Of a DNA stretch of 64,000 bases, positions 9,174-19,060 are shown one piece after another. The notes under the pieces were generated by a model. That model did no database searches. It was not told the origin of the DNA and saw nothing but the letters and a program-made list of their open reading frames with translations. The DNA lies in contig JACPTG010000001.1 of NCBI GenBank assembly GCA_016192905.1, positions 505,935 through 569,934 of the forward strand. Direction: 5' to 3'. A program made the translations under genes and the position numbers. The stretch's first letter is position 1, and the number at the start of each line of letters is the position of its first letter. Origin of the DNA: Candidatus Woesearchaeota archaeon. Its GTDB lineage: Archaea; Nanobdellota; Nanobdellia; Woesearchaeales; UBA10216.

Positions 9174-10292
9174 TTATGGCCGAAGATATATAAATTTTAC
9201 CTCAACAACAACCCTTCTGCTCTGCTCATCAATCTCCCGTATTACCTTATGCCCCTCCAGACGGGACTTAATCTCTGCCCAGGAATGCTTTTCCCTCGCC
9301 TTTGCGAGCTCCTCAAGGATTTTAATGACAACAGAATAGTTGTTGTAAATAGCCTCTGCCTTGGCGGTGTTCTCAGCCGCAGACGCCTCTGTCTCAGCAA
9401 TCATCTTTTCCTGCTCGGCAATTATCCGCTGAATATCGGCCACCCTGCGGTCGTGGGCTGTCGGAGGGCGGAACTCATGAGAATAGTAATAATCAATAGC
9501 CTCGCTGAAAGAGCCGAAGTTCCGGGGCTGCAACGACGAGTATATCTGAAGCGGAAAAGGAACGGCAGTAACAGCGGCTGGGCCGTCGTACAGAATGCAT
9601 GGCGCCTTTTTCCTGCCGAGCAAATCCCTGAGGGCAGCAACTATCCTGGCCTGGTCCTCCAATCCGACTGACGAAGGCGCGGCAGACTTATCAACTGAAG
9701 CAGCCAAGCATAACTCCTCAGCATAGACTCCTCCCAAGCCAAGGTCCATTGCCAACGCCTTCACAACAGAATCCTTGTTTGTAACCGAAAACAGGGTGGC
9801 AAGATGCTTCGCGTCGAGGCTGTAGAAGTTAATTTCCTTTTCAGGGTATGAGTATTTGTTACCAGGCGACACATTCCTAGTGCTCCAAACCTGCCTTTCA
9901 GCCACTGCAATGATGGCCTCATTTTCGCAGAGGACAATGTTCCCCTTGCTGAACAGTTCCACCACAAGGGAGCATTGCCTGCTGAAAGAGAGTTCAAGAA
10001 TCCTCTCGCTTCCGAACTGCCTTACCCCAGAAAGGCGGGCATTATCCAAATACTTCCTTAACTGCTGGCAGAAACCAGGCGGGCTTTCAGGGAAGTCAAG
10101 ACTGGCTGAAGTTATATAGGCAGCCCTCGGGGCCTGAAGCCTCACTTTTACCTTGCCCACAGAGGCAAGATGTAGCTGCAGTACGATGTCTTTGGCATCC
10201 AACTGGTAAATCTTGTCAATTCTGGCTCCTAGAAGGCCCTGCAGCTCATCTGCCAAGACACCCACTTCCAGGCTGGAAAGCTCTGTTTTCAT
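9174..10292 (-). CDS. NFACT family (Rqc2/FbpA-like), N-terminal part only
   Basis: GARIDKIYQ, FCQQLRKYL, ERILEL, ELFSKGNIVL and GLGGVYAEE motifs; no NFACT-R domain. Confidence 0.85.
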   Translation of the reverse strand: MKTELSSLEVGVLADELQGLLGARIDKIYQLDAKDIVLQLHLASVGKVKVRLQAPRAAYITSASLDFPESPPGFCQQLRKYLDNARLSGVRQFGSERILELSFSRQCSLVVELFSKGNIVLCENEAIIAVAERQVWSTRNVSPGNKYSYPEKEINFYSLDAKHLATLFSVTNKDSVVKALAMDLGLGGVYAEELCLAASVDKSAAPSSVGLEDQARIVAALRDLLGRKKAPCILYDGPAAVTAVPFPLQIYSSLQPRNFGSFSEAIDYYYSHEFRPPTAHDRRVADIQRIIAEQEKMIAETEASAAENTAKAEAIYNNYSVVIKILEELAKAREKHSWAEIKSRLEGHKVIREIDEQSRRVVVEVKFIYLRP

Positions 10293-10466
10293 ACGCCGCT
10301 TCCAGCAGTTCGCCTATATAAGGCTTTTCAGGGAGGCTCACTATTATGGTCATGGTGCCTAAAAGAAGGCTCACTTTTCACTCTTGAGACTTCTTTACAG
10401 CTCATCTGGCAGGCTTTGGACTAGCCCTGATTCAGAGGCTTTATGGCCATTAAAACCGGGCACTTA

Positions 10467-10562
10467 AAACTAAAAAGTAGCAGGCTGTTCCTACCTTTGT
10501 TTGGCAGCCCCTTTCGGGGGACTCGAGGCGTGTACTGTCTTACTTCGTGCACTACAGGCAAA
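10467..10562. repeat. 96-nt dispersed intergenic repeat, copy 1
   Basis: Gap-free alignment with 21825-21920; first 22 nt identical (AAACTAAAAAGTAGCAGGCTGT). Confidence 0.8.
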
Positions 10563-10636
10563 GAAATCAGGCTTGCAACGGGCATGCCTAAGAAAACTAT
10601 TTATATCGGCTTTCCGGAAAGATTCCGGTTGGGATT

Positions 10637-11206
10637 ATGAGAAAGATTTTGGAGCTGTTCAGGCAGGATGAGCGCTGGCATGAGCTGGACAAGGCGCTGA
10701 CTGGCGCCTTTGAGCGGATAAAGGGGGATGCCAGGAACCTTTACTCCTGGATAAAGTACTTCAGGCAGAAGGAGCTCCAGAATGATGCCAGGCATGAAAG
10801 CGCAAGCCGGGAGCTTGCAGAGCACTCTGCTGTGATAAAAGGCCTCCAGATGGAGCTGGCGATGGTAAAGGAAGAACTCAGGAACATCCACAGGATGAGC
10901 CAAACAAGTACGTTTCCGAACCAAATACGGACCAAGTACGGACTAGAAGGCGAACCTGAGCAGAAAGACAGGTTTGCTAGGAAGATAATTGCCATAAGCA
11001 GGCCTGTCAAGAAGGATTACATCATGCAGCAGATAGAGCAACTGATTGCCAAAAAAACCTACACCACGAAGCAGATTGAGGCAATAATAACGACGGAAAA
11101 AATGCTCTGCGGAAGGACTGCGTTCTACGATTACCTGAGGGAGATTCGAATCAGGAATGGCCAGGCGAGTGGAAGGGCGGGAGAAATTACAGAGTACGAA
11201 GATTGA
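10637..11206 (+). CDS. coiled-coil plus C-terminal HTH-like hypothetical protein
   Basis: Heptad-rich N-terminal half; C-terminal YTTKQIE...LCGRTAFYDYL helix-turn-helix-like segment; TTTATAT at 10600. Confidence 0.7.
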   Translation: MRKILELFRQDERWHELDKALTGAFERIKGDARNLYSWIKYFRQKELQNDARHESASRELAEHSAVIKGLQMELAMVKEELRNIHRMSQTSTFPNQIRTKYGLEGEPEQKDRFARKIIAISRPVKKDYIMQQIEQLIAKKTYTTKQIEAIITTEKMLCGRTAFYDYLREIRIRNGQASGRAGEITEYED

Positions 11207-11237
11207 CGATTTTCTGGATAAAATTTTAACTAAAAAT

Positions 11238-11354
11238 CGGTCCGTTTCCGGACTAAGTACGGACTAAGTACGGACCAGAAAGCGGACTTGTTTACCGTCG
11301 GTGAATACAGGTCCGGACCTGGTACGGAGCGGTCCGAATCCGGACTTGGCGGAC
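11238..11354. repeat. iteron-like CGGAC repeat cluster
   Basis: Tandem CGGACTAAGTA at 11249 and 11260, CGGACC at 11271, further CGGAC/GTCCG at 11238-44, 11283, 11311-18, 11330-36, 11341 and 11350; same motif at 10928/10939 inside the upstream ORF. Confidence 0.75.
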
Positions 11355-11361
11355 TTACGCG

Positions 11362-11871
11362 CTATTTGAGAAGTTTTGCGGCGTGCCTGGCCAGGGTGCG
11401 GGGGGAAGCGCGGGTGGTGTCGAGCTGCAAAATCCTGTGGCCTGCCTGCTGCGACTCAATGACGCATGTGTCAAAAATCTCTGCGTCAAGGTTTTCGCGA
11501 ACCTTGGCGGCCCTGTAGCTCCTGGACTCCAAACGCCTTTTCAAAACCCTAAGGCTGCAGGAAGTTACAAGGCACAAATCAACCCATTTTGAAGGCAAAA
11601 AGTGAGACATGTGGGAATCAATAACGACACCCTCAGGAGGCGGTTCGGCCTGCGAAAACCGGAAAAGCATGGCCTTGACAGCCTTCCGGAAAACCCAAGG
11701 AGAAACTACATAAGTTCGCCTAACATAGTCATACTCTTTGCTGACTTTACGAACCAAACGAGTGGGGCTGAAATACTTCCAGCGAAGCAAAATTGAGAGT
11801 TCCCTGGCAATGGCTGTCTTTCCTGTCCCAGGAGTGCCTGTAACTATGCAAACCCGGATGCCTTTGAACAT
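11362..11871 (-). CDS. adenylate kinase, AK6/Fap7 family
   Basis: TGTPGTGKT P-loop, IDSHMSH, RRLESRSY...KVRENLDAEI. Confidence 0.88.
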   Translation of the reverse strand: MFKGIRVCIVTGTPGTGKTAIARELSILLRWKYFSPTRLVRKVSKEYDYVRRTYVVSPWVFRKAVKAMLFRFSQAEPPPEGVVIDSHMSHFLPSKWVDLCLVTSCSLRVLKRRLESRSYRAAKVRENLDAEIFDTCVIESQQAGHRILQLDTTRASPRTLARHAAKLLK

Positions 11872-12040
11872 GTTGGGCAAAGCTGAAGGACAAAGTATAA
11901 TAAGGCTTCTGTGCAATTCACCTGCATTTTCTAAGCTATTTTAGGCACCATTTAAGAAAAGTGAGGCACATGAACTAAAGAGTTCGCCAAAGCAGGGGTT
12001 GGGGAATATTCTTATAGTACATCCCTTATACCCCCAGTGC

Positions 12041-12616
12041 ATGGCCAAGAAGGAAAGCACATTTCTGCTGGTATCGCTGGAAGAGGAAAAGGCGAAAAAG
12101 CTTGCCAATGTCATAAGCAACCAAGCGTGCAGAAAGATACTGGACTACCTGTCAGGCAGGGACGCCACAGAGACAGAGATAGCCAATAGCCTTGACATCC
12201 CAATCTCAACCGTGCACTACAATATAAAGCTGCTCAGCGAGGCAGGGCTTGTAAGGAGCTCTGAATTCCATTATTCCCCGAAAGGGAAGGAAGTCAACCA
12301 CTACTCGCTCGCCAACAAGTACATCATAATAGCGCCAAAAGGCACTGAAGACCTGCCCAGCAAGCTGAAGAAAATATTGCCTGCATTCGCCATAGCAGCT
12401 GGAGTCGGGCTGGCCATTCAGCTGCTCAACAGGCCAATGGAAACTGCACAAAAACAAGCTCTCAGGGAGGCGGCCACTGCTGCGGGAGAGCAGGCAGCCT
12501 ATTCTGCATCGCAGCCAGCAGCAGGCCAGCAAATCGCCTTCTGGATAATTGCAGGCGCAGCGCTGGCATTGCTCGTATACATCGCCATAGAATTCTTTAG
12601 GGAAAGGTTTAAATAA
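12041..12616 (+). CDS. ArsR-family HTH regulator with C-terminal TM helices
   Basis: TETEIANSLDIPISTVHYNIKLLSEAGLV, YSPKGKEV; two hydrophobic helices. Confidence 0.85.
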   Translation: MAKKESTFLLVSLEEEKAKKLANVISNQACRKILDYLSGRDATETEIANSLDIPISTVHYNIKLLSEAGLVRSSEFHYSPKGKEVNHYSLANKYIIIAPKGTEDLPSKLKKILPAFAIAAGVGLAIQLLNRPMETAQKQALREAATAAGEQAAYSASQPAAGQQIAFWIIAGAALALLVYIAIEFFRERFK

Positions 12617-12638
12617 AGTCAGGCAAAAAAGAGGCCAT

Positions 12639-13010
12639 ATGAGGATTGCAGCGGCTGCGTTAATTCTGGCAATAGCTTTGGTTGCCGCAGGGTGCGCCCA
12701 GCAGCAGACTGAAACAAGCCCTGACGTTGCAACAGCTCCTGAACAGAGCCCTCCTGAAAAAGCAGCTCCAGGAACGCTTAAGGCGTACTACGACTCAATA
12801 GACTACTCCTGCTCCAGCAGCCAGGACTGTGAAGTCAAGAACATAGGGAACTGCTGCGGAGAAGACCCGCGATGCGTCAACAGGAATTCAAGGGCTGACC
12901 CGCAGCAGGTTATAGAGTTGTGCGCAAAGGAAGAAGCCTCAAGCATCTGCGGCTTTCAGGCCATAGAGGCCTGCGAGTGCAAAAGCAGGAAGTGCCAAGC
13001 TGTGCAATAG
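12639..13010 (+). CDS. Cys-rich lipoprotein
   Basis: Lipobox VAAGC; CSSSQDC...CCG...C...CGF..I..CEC...C. Confidence 0.75.
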   Translation: MRIAAAALILAIALVAAGCAQQQTETSPDVATAPEQSPPEKAAPGTLKAYYDSIDYSCSSSQDCEVKNIGNCCGEDPRCVNRNSRADPQQVIELCAKEEASSICGFQAIEACECKSRKCQAVQ

Positions 13011-13071
13011 CTTCAAACCGGATTGAAGGCTTCTGCCGGGTATATAAACAAGCTGCTCCTACCATCCCAAA

Positions 13072-15237
13072 ATGATGAAGCAATACATTGGATTAATGCT
13101 GCTGGCCATTGCCTTAGTTGCAGCAGGATGCATACAGCAGCCAGGAGGAGGCATCCCGGATGATAAGGAGTCTACCGGGGTAAAGACATTCTCGTCATAC
13201 GCTGAGCTGAGCGAATTCCTGGCGACGAATGCGCAATCCGATTACGGCAGGTATGGCATTGGGGTAATGGCTGATTTCGGCCTTGCTAAATCCACAGCAG
13301 CTGAAACCGAGACTACTACACCCTCAGCAGACTACTCAAAAACGAACATACAGGTTGAGGGCGTTGATGAGGCAGACGTAGTCAAGTCTGACGGGAAATA
13401 CATCTATACAATAACAGGCAACCAGCTGGTCATAGTGGAAGCCTACCCTGCTGAATCTGCAAAACTCGCATACAAAACAGAGCTTAAAGGAACCCCCAGC
13501 GAGCTATTTGTAAAAGACGACAGGCTGGTTGTATTCGGCAGCGCGTATGAGCCAAGGCCGGTTGAAGGCACGGAAATACTCAGCCAGCTGCCATCGCCCT
13601 ATTATGCGTCCTATTACTCATACATTCAGGTGTATGACGTATCCTCAAGAGAAAAGCCTAGACTTATTGATGAAGTGAAGCTGACAGGCAACTACTTCAG
13701 CTCAAGAATGATAGGAGACAAGGTATATGCGGTTGTTAACATGCCCACGTACCACTACTACGGCGAGGCTGTTCCGCTCCCGGCCATAAGGCAGGATGGG
13801 AAAGAAAGGCTGATACAGCCAACCGAAATCCAGTACTTCCCATACCCTGACGTAAGCTATTCATACGTAACTATCGTTGCCCTGGATATCAAAGATCCAA
13901 AGGCCCTTACCAGCAAAACATACCTGGCAGGAGACACTCAGACTATGTACGTATCACAGGACAACATCTACCTGGCCTTCACAAGGTACAAAGACTACTT
14001 CAGGCCCCTCAATGTTATTGAGAACGCAATAATGCCTGTGCTTCCCCCAGAAGTGAGTTCGGAAGCCAAGGACACCACAGGGAGCGAGGATGAAAAGCAG
14101 CAGAAAATGGCTGAAGTAATAAACCGCTACCTTGACAAGCTGACCCCTGAGCAGATAAAAGAGCTTGACCGCAAGGCCAAGGAAAAGATGATAGAATACG
14201 AGAAGGAAATCGCGCGGGAAAGAGAGAAGACCATAATCCACAAGATATCAATAAAAGACGGCAGAATAGAATATGAGGGAGAAGGAAGCGTGCCAGGAAC
14301 AGTGCTGAACCAGTTCTCAATGGACGAACACAACAGAAAGCTGCGGATAGCAACCACAACAGGCAGGCAGTTCAGGTTCAGAGGTGAGGACGACATAAAG
14401 GAAAGGAACAACGTCTACGTGCTGGATGAAGACCTTGAGATTGTTGGAAGGCTTGAGAACCTGGCCCCTGGAGAAAAGATATACTCGGCGAGGTTCATGG
14501 GCGAAAGGGCATACCTGGTAACGTTCAAGAAGACCGACCCCCTCTTCGTAATAGACCTAAAAGAGCCTGAAAATCCAAAGGTGCTTGGCCAGCTAAAGAT
14601 ACCAGGCTACTCAGACTACCTGCACCCGTACGACGAAAACCACATAATAGGGATTGGAAAAGAAGCAGCCGAGGCAGAGAATGGAGACTTTGCATGGTAC
14701 CAGGGCGTGAAGATAGCCCTGTTTGACGTAAGCGACCCTGCAAACCCAAAGGAGATAAGCAAGTTCAACATAGGCGACAGGGGAACTGACAGCTATGCGC
14801 TGCAGGACCACCACGCATTCCTCTTCAGCAGGGAAAAAGGGATACTTGTAATGCCAATAAGCCTCGCTGAAATAGACTCTGCGAAGTATGAGGGCGGGAA
14901 AGTGCCTCCTTACGCCTATGGCGAGCAGAAATGGCAGGGCGCATATGTAATGAAGGTGACGCTGCAGGACGGAATACAGCTAAGGGGAAGGATAAGCCAC
15001 CTTGATGAGCTATATGACGGCAACGATTACTATTACTCCTGGCCGTACTATTACTCCTTGCTGTACTCAATCAAAAGAAGCCTGTACATAGGGGATACGC
15101 TTTACACTGTATCTGACCGGATGGTGAAGGCAAACAATCTTGAGGATTTGAAGGAAGTCAAGGCTGTTGAAATTTCCCACCGTGATCCAGATGACTGGGA
15201 CTGGATGCCGATTGATCCCATAAAAATAATGAAGTAG
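13072..15237 (+). CDS. beta-propeller domain lipoprotein (Beta_propel family)
   Basis: YSKTNIQVEGVDEADVVKSDG, LNQFSMDE, GEKIYSARF, DPLFVIDL and LKIPGYSDYLHP motifs. Confidence 0.9.
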   Translation: MMKQYIGLMLLAIALVAAGCIQQPGGGIPDDKESTGVKTFSSYAELSEFLATNAQSDYGRYGIGVMADFGLAKSTAAETETTTPSADYSKTNIQVEGVDEADVVKSDGKYIYTITGNQLVIVEAYPAESAKLAYKTELKGTPSELFVKDDRLVVFGSAYEPRPVEGTEILSQLPSPYYASYYSYIQVYDVSSREKPRLIDEVKLTGNYFSSRMIGDKVYAVVNMPTYHYYGEAVPLPAIRQDGKERLIQPTEIQYFPYPDVSYSYVTIVALDIKDPKALTSKTYLAGDTQTMYVSQDNIYLAFTRYKDYFRPLNVIENAIMPVLPPEVSSEAKDTTGSEDEKQQKMAEVINRYLDKLTPEQIKELDRKAKEKMIEYEKEIAREREKTIIHKISIKDGRIEYEGEGSVPGTVLNQFSMDEHNRKLRIATTTGRQFRFRGEDDIKERNNVYVLDEDLEIVGRLENLAPGEKIYSARFMGERAYLVTFKKTDPLFVIDLKEPENPKVLGQLKIPGYSDYLHPYDENHIIGIGKEAAEAENGDFAWYQGVKIALFDVSDPANPKEISKFNIGDRGTDSYALQDHHAFLFSREKGILVMPISLAEIDSAKYEGGKVPPYAYGEQKWQGAYVMKVTLQDGIQLRGRISHLDELYDGNDYYYSWPYYYSLLYSIKRSLYIGDTLYTVSDRMVKANNLEDLKEVKAVEISHRDPDDWDWMPIDPIKIMK

Positions 15238-15241
15238 TCCA

Positions 15242-15548
15242 ATGGCGAAGAAACTCCTTTGAGGAAAAAGAAGAAGAGTCCTGATTATATGGGCAGCAGT
15301 AGCATTGATGTGGGTGGCTTTTAACCTGTTTTTTCCAGCTTGCCCCACTGAAGGCGGTAAGTGTATTGTTATGAGTCCCCCTTCTTGCTTTGGCAGGATT
15401 TACAGCGGCATTTGTGCTGTACGTTCTTTACGATTACGGTCTGGACATTCAGTACGACTACTTTTGGGCAGGAATATATGCCGCAGGCCTATACTGCGGG
15501 TCAAAGCGGGACATAAGCCACGCAGTTTACCATAACAGCACTAAGTGA
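15242..15548 (+). pseudogene. disrupted small membrane-protein gene
   Basis: MAKKLL*GKRRRVLIIWAAVALMWVAFNLFF, a shift at a T6 run, then QLAPLKAVSVLL*VPLLALAGFTAAFVLYVLY... Confidence 0.35.
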
Positions 15549-15556
15549 AAATAAGA

Positions 15557-16330
15557 CTAATTGACCCTAACCCTCGGCATTGTGTAAATATTCGGAGCTG
15601 AATGCAGCCTGCCAGGAATGGTTGTAACAGCAGCCTTGTAAACCATCGCGACATCTGCAACAAGAGCCTGATTAAACACCCCGTTAGGGTAGGCGAATGT
15701 ATTAACAGGAGCCTGAATCAAATCCTCCAATTGCAGCTTTGCACCAAAGACCTCCTGCAAATAAGCTCCGAAGTTAACCTGCCGCAGCGCAATAAGGTTA
15801 GGAGGGTGATTTGCGGTATGGCAGCCAATCTCATGGCCTTCTTCGCTTAGGAAGACCTTGAAGTCATTGGAAAAATAAGAATTAACGCCATCACCCTGCC
15901 AGGAGGGAGCCATAATGTAAAAGGTTCCCTTAACTCCATGCCTGTCCAGTACTGGAACTGCCTGCTTCTGAACCAGATAGCCATCATCAAATGTGATTGC
16001 AGCATACCTGCCGCTTGTGAGTTCCTCACCCAGAACCAAGTCAGCAAGCTGATTTACGGTGACAAACTGCCGTCCTGCCGCCAAAGCCTGCCGGATAACC
16101 CAGTCCAATGCTGAGCCAGCCTCATGGTGGAACATGTAGATTTCGGCGTCTATTGAATGGGCGACCAGAAGCTTCCCATCAGGCAGGTACAGGCTCCTGA
16201 CGCCTAAATCTTGAGGCGACTTTTCAAACTGAGGTACAACGCCTTGCTGATAGGCGGCTGCTGTGCCTGGAAGGAATGAAGCCACAAGGAAAGCCGCACC
16301 TCCTGCCACAACCTGCCTGCGAGTTATCAC
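15557..16330 (-). CDS. polysaccharide deacetylase (NodB/CE4) with twin-arginine signal
   Basis: ITFDDGY, HEIGCHTANH and FAYPNG motifs; N-terminal (GTG) ITRRQVVAGGAAFL. Confidence 0.85.
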   Translation of the reverse strand: MITRRQVVAGGAAFLVASFLPGTAAAYQQGVVPQFEKSPQDLGVRSLYLPDGKLLVAHSIDAEIYMFHHEAGSALDWVIRQALAAGRQFVTVNQLADLVLGEELTSGRYAAITFDDGYLVQKQAVPVLDRHGVKGTFYIMAPSWQGDGVNSYFSNDFKVFLSEEGHEIGCHTANHPPNLIALRQVNFGAYLQEVFGAKLQLEDLIQAPVNTFAYPNGVFNQALVADVAMVYKAAVTTIPGRLHSAPNIYTMPRVRVN

Positions 16331-16394
16331 GAAACCAAGGGAAAAACCGGGGCGATAAAAAGATTTATATACCACTAAGGCAGATTTCGCAGTA

Positions 16395-16925
16395 ATGCTT
16401 AAAGGAAAAAGGGGTGAAAAGGAGATACAGATAGTTTTCGGGCTCCTTGTGCTCCTGATAATAACTGTGGTCGTGCTGGGCCTTTTCTTCAAGACCATCC
16501 AGCAGTCGCAGGAGCCCATAAAAGGCCAGCTTTCTGATGCGAAGAAGAAGCAGGTATGGGAATCTGCCATGCTGGGCTGCAAGCAGAAGTGCCTTGACAG
16601 CTCCAACAGGGATGCGGCAATAGAATTCTGCAAGTCCAGCGAAGCCATAGACATAAACGGAAACTCGATAACCAATGAGCTGGGCCAGTACGGCAAATGG
16701 GACTTCTGTGAGGACACAGTCCCATGCTTTGTCCTGCTGGACTCTGACCCTGAATGCAGCTACAAAGGCGCGGCCTGCAGAGAGCTTCTTGTCAAGTACA
16801 GGCCAGAGGTCTACACCTCAAAGTTCTACAGCGCTGACGGAAAGGGAAGCTGCAGGCTTCTCGATGCCTCCAAGACAACAAGCAACTGGATAGTGGCGTT
16901 TGGATTCAACAGGCCTGCCTCCTAA
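16395..16925 (+). CDS. type IV pilin-like protein (class III signal peptide)
   Basis: MLKGKRG|EKEIQIVFGLLVLLIITVVVLGLFF followed by a Cys-rich domain. Confidence 0.65.
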   Translation: MLKGKRGEKEIQIVFGLLVLLIITVVVLGLFFKTIQQSQEPIKGQLSDAKKKQVWESAMLGCKQKCLDSSNRDAAIEFCKSSEAIDINGNSITNELGQYGKWDFCEDTVPCFVLLDSDPECSYKGAACRELLVKYRPEVYTSKFYSADGKGSCRLLDASKTTSNWIVAFGFNRPAS

Positions 16926-16935
16926 AGGTGCCATA

Positions 16936-19059
16936 ATGGCACAGGATGACATTTTCCGCGACCTGGAAAAAAGGTATGGGAAGCGGATAAACGAACTTCT
17001 TGGCGAAAAGCAACTCCAGACAGAGGACTTCAGGCAATTTGTGGCTGAAGAACGCTCCTTCTTCCAGGTAAAGACCTGGTACGAGGCAGCCTGCAGGCTC
17101 TCAGGCAAAGTGCTCCCTTTTCTAAAGCCTGGCGCAAAGCTTGACGAAAGGATGAACGAGGACATAATTGTAGCCGGGGTAAACTGCACACCACCAGGCG
17201 TACTTGCACTCGCCCTCCTCTTTTTTGCCGTTACATCAGCCCTCAGCATATTTCTCTGGACCGCTGGCATAAAGGACCTTGCATTTTTTGCCATCACCTC
17301 AGGATTCATCATATCCCTGCTGCTCGCCAGATACCCCAACTTCCTGGCACAGATTGCCAAAATAAGGAGCCACCAGGAATCAATCCTGGCTGTCCTATAC
17401 ATGACCATCTACCTTAAGAGCAGCCCTGTACTTGAAAGCGCAGTCAGGTTCACCGCAGTACACCTAAACGGCCCGCTCGGCAGGGACATGAAGCAGATAA
17501 TCTGGCTGATTGAAAGCCACAAATACGCGAGAATTGAAGACGCGGTCAGCTATTTCATACCCCTGTGGAGCAAGCGAAACCCTGACTTCCTGAAGGCCAT
17601 GGTCACCCTCTACCAGATAACCGAACAGGCGGATGAGGCAGGCATGGACAAAGTCCTCAACAAGGCCCTGGACACCATATTACAGGACACATATGAAAAA
17701 ATGCAGCACTACTCCTACGACCTGAAGCTGCCCCTGGTCATGCTTGAGACCTTCGGGCTCATGCTGCCACTGCTGGGGCTCGTCGCCTTTCCCCTGATAA
17801 GCGTGTTCCTTTCAGAGGAAGTAAACATGAGCTACGTATTCTTCGGATACGTCGTAATACTGCCTGCAATCATCTTTGTCCTGTCCCAACGAATACTCGC
17901 CAAAAGGCCCGGGGCATTCTCAGCGCCGGACATCGAGCAGGCCGAGGGCCTTCCAAAGAAGGGAAACGCCGTGCTGTTTGGGAGGGAACTCCCTGTACTG
18001 CCAATTGCCCTCTGCATAGGCCTTTTCATAATGATTCCCGGGCTGCTGCACCTTTTTACAATAACACTGCCTGCATATGACTACGCCAAAAGCTCAGGGG
18101 CAACCATATCAAACCTGCCTGAGGCAGTTGAAAGGGAGTATGGCATACTCGCGCTCCTGACAGTTGCCACCATACCCCTTGGCCTGGCCCTTGGCCTCAT
18201 CGTATATTTTTACCTGACATCAAAGGACCGCCTGCGCCTAAGGGATGAGGTGCAGGAGATTGAAGAGGACAGCGATGAGACCATCTTCGCAATGACCAGC
18301 CAGTTCACAGAAAACATCCCCATCGAAGTGGCCATCAACAAGATAATAGCCGAATATGAAGTCCTGAGGATACAGCGCAGGAAATCCTACGATTTTTATT
18401 CAGCAATAAGGGAGAGGATGCAGCTCTACGGCAGGAGCTTTGAGCAGGCACTATTCGAAAGGCCAGGAGGCGTCCTGTCAAGGTATCCCTCAATCCTTAT
18501 GCGCGAGATATTCTGGGTATTAAGCGAAACCTCAAAGAAGGGCTCGGCCGTGCTTTACAATGTAGGCGGCAAGATTTCAGTTTACCTTTCAAATGTCAAA
18601 AGGATAAAAGAGCTAATATACGTCCTGCTGAATGAAACCGTATCGTCAATAAACCTCCAGGCCAGATTCCTGGCGCCATTCATCGCAGGCATAGTCAGCT
18701 CGATTACAATAATAATTATACGCGCACTCGCGAGCATGGGAAAGGCCTTCTCTGAAATCATGAGCGCCTTCTCATTTTCAGGCTCATCAGGGCCGAACGT
18801 CTTTGACCAGATATTTGACTTCTCAAACATAATTCCCCCCACGCTGTTTGCAGTGCTGATTGGGATATATGTTGTTGAAACAACTGTCCTGCTTTCCATA
18901 ATGTCCAGCGGGGTTGAATACGGCTTTGACAACGTCAAGACAAGGCACACAATCGGGAAGAACCTCTTATTTTCAATCGCCATCTACCTCACAGTCACCC
19001 TGATAGGGGTCTTTGTGCTCAACATTTTCCTTGTGAGAGGGAGCCAGCTGGGCGCGTAA
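16936..19059 (+). CDS. type IV pilus assembly membrane platform protein (TadC/ArlJ/T2SSF-like)
   Basis: Multi-TM; SPVLESAVRFTAVHLNGPLGRD and GLMLPLLGLV motifs; adjacent to pilin-like genes. Confidence 0.75.
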   Translation: MAQDDIFRDLEKRYGKRINELLGEKQLQTEDFRQFVAEERSFFQVKTWYEAACRLSGKVLPFLKPGAKLDERMNEDIIVAGVNCTPPGVLALALLFFAVTSALSIFLWTAGIKDLAFFAITSGFIISLLLARYPNFLAQIAKIRSHQESILAVLYMTIYLKSSPVLESAVRFTAVHLNGPLGRDMKQIIWLIESHKYARIEDAVSYFIPLWSKRNPDFLKAMVTLYQITEQADEAGMDKVLNKALDTILQDTYEKMQHYSYDLKLPLVMLETFGLMLPLLGLVAFPLISVFLSEEVNMSYVFFGYVVILPAIIFVLSQRILAKRPGAFSAPDIEQAEGLPKKGNAVLFGRELPVLPIALCIGLFIMIPGLLHLFTITLPAYDYAKSSGATISNLPEAVEREYGILALLTVATIPLGLALGLIVYFYLTSKDRLRLRDEVQEIEEDSDETIFAMTSQFTENIPIEVAINKIIAEYEVLRIQRRKSYDFYSAIRERMQLYGRSFEQALFERPGGVLSRYPSILMREIFWVLSETSKKGSAVLYNVGGKISVYLSNVKRIKELIYVLLNETVSSINLQARFLAPFIAGIVSSITIIIIRALASMGKAFSEIMSAFSFSGSSGPNVFDQIFDFSNIIPPTLFAVLIGIYVVETTVLLSIMSSGVEYGFDNVKTRHTIGKNLLFSIAIYLTVTLIGVFVLNIFLVRGSQLGA

Positions 19060-19060
19060 G

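Noticed and set aside
11238-11354. CRISPR array
   Set aside because: Repeats are 5-11 nt without unique 30-40-nt spacers, and there are no cas genes
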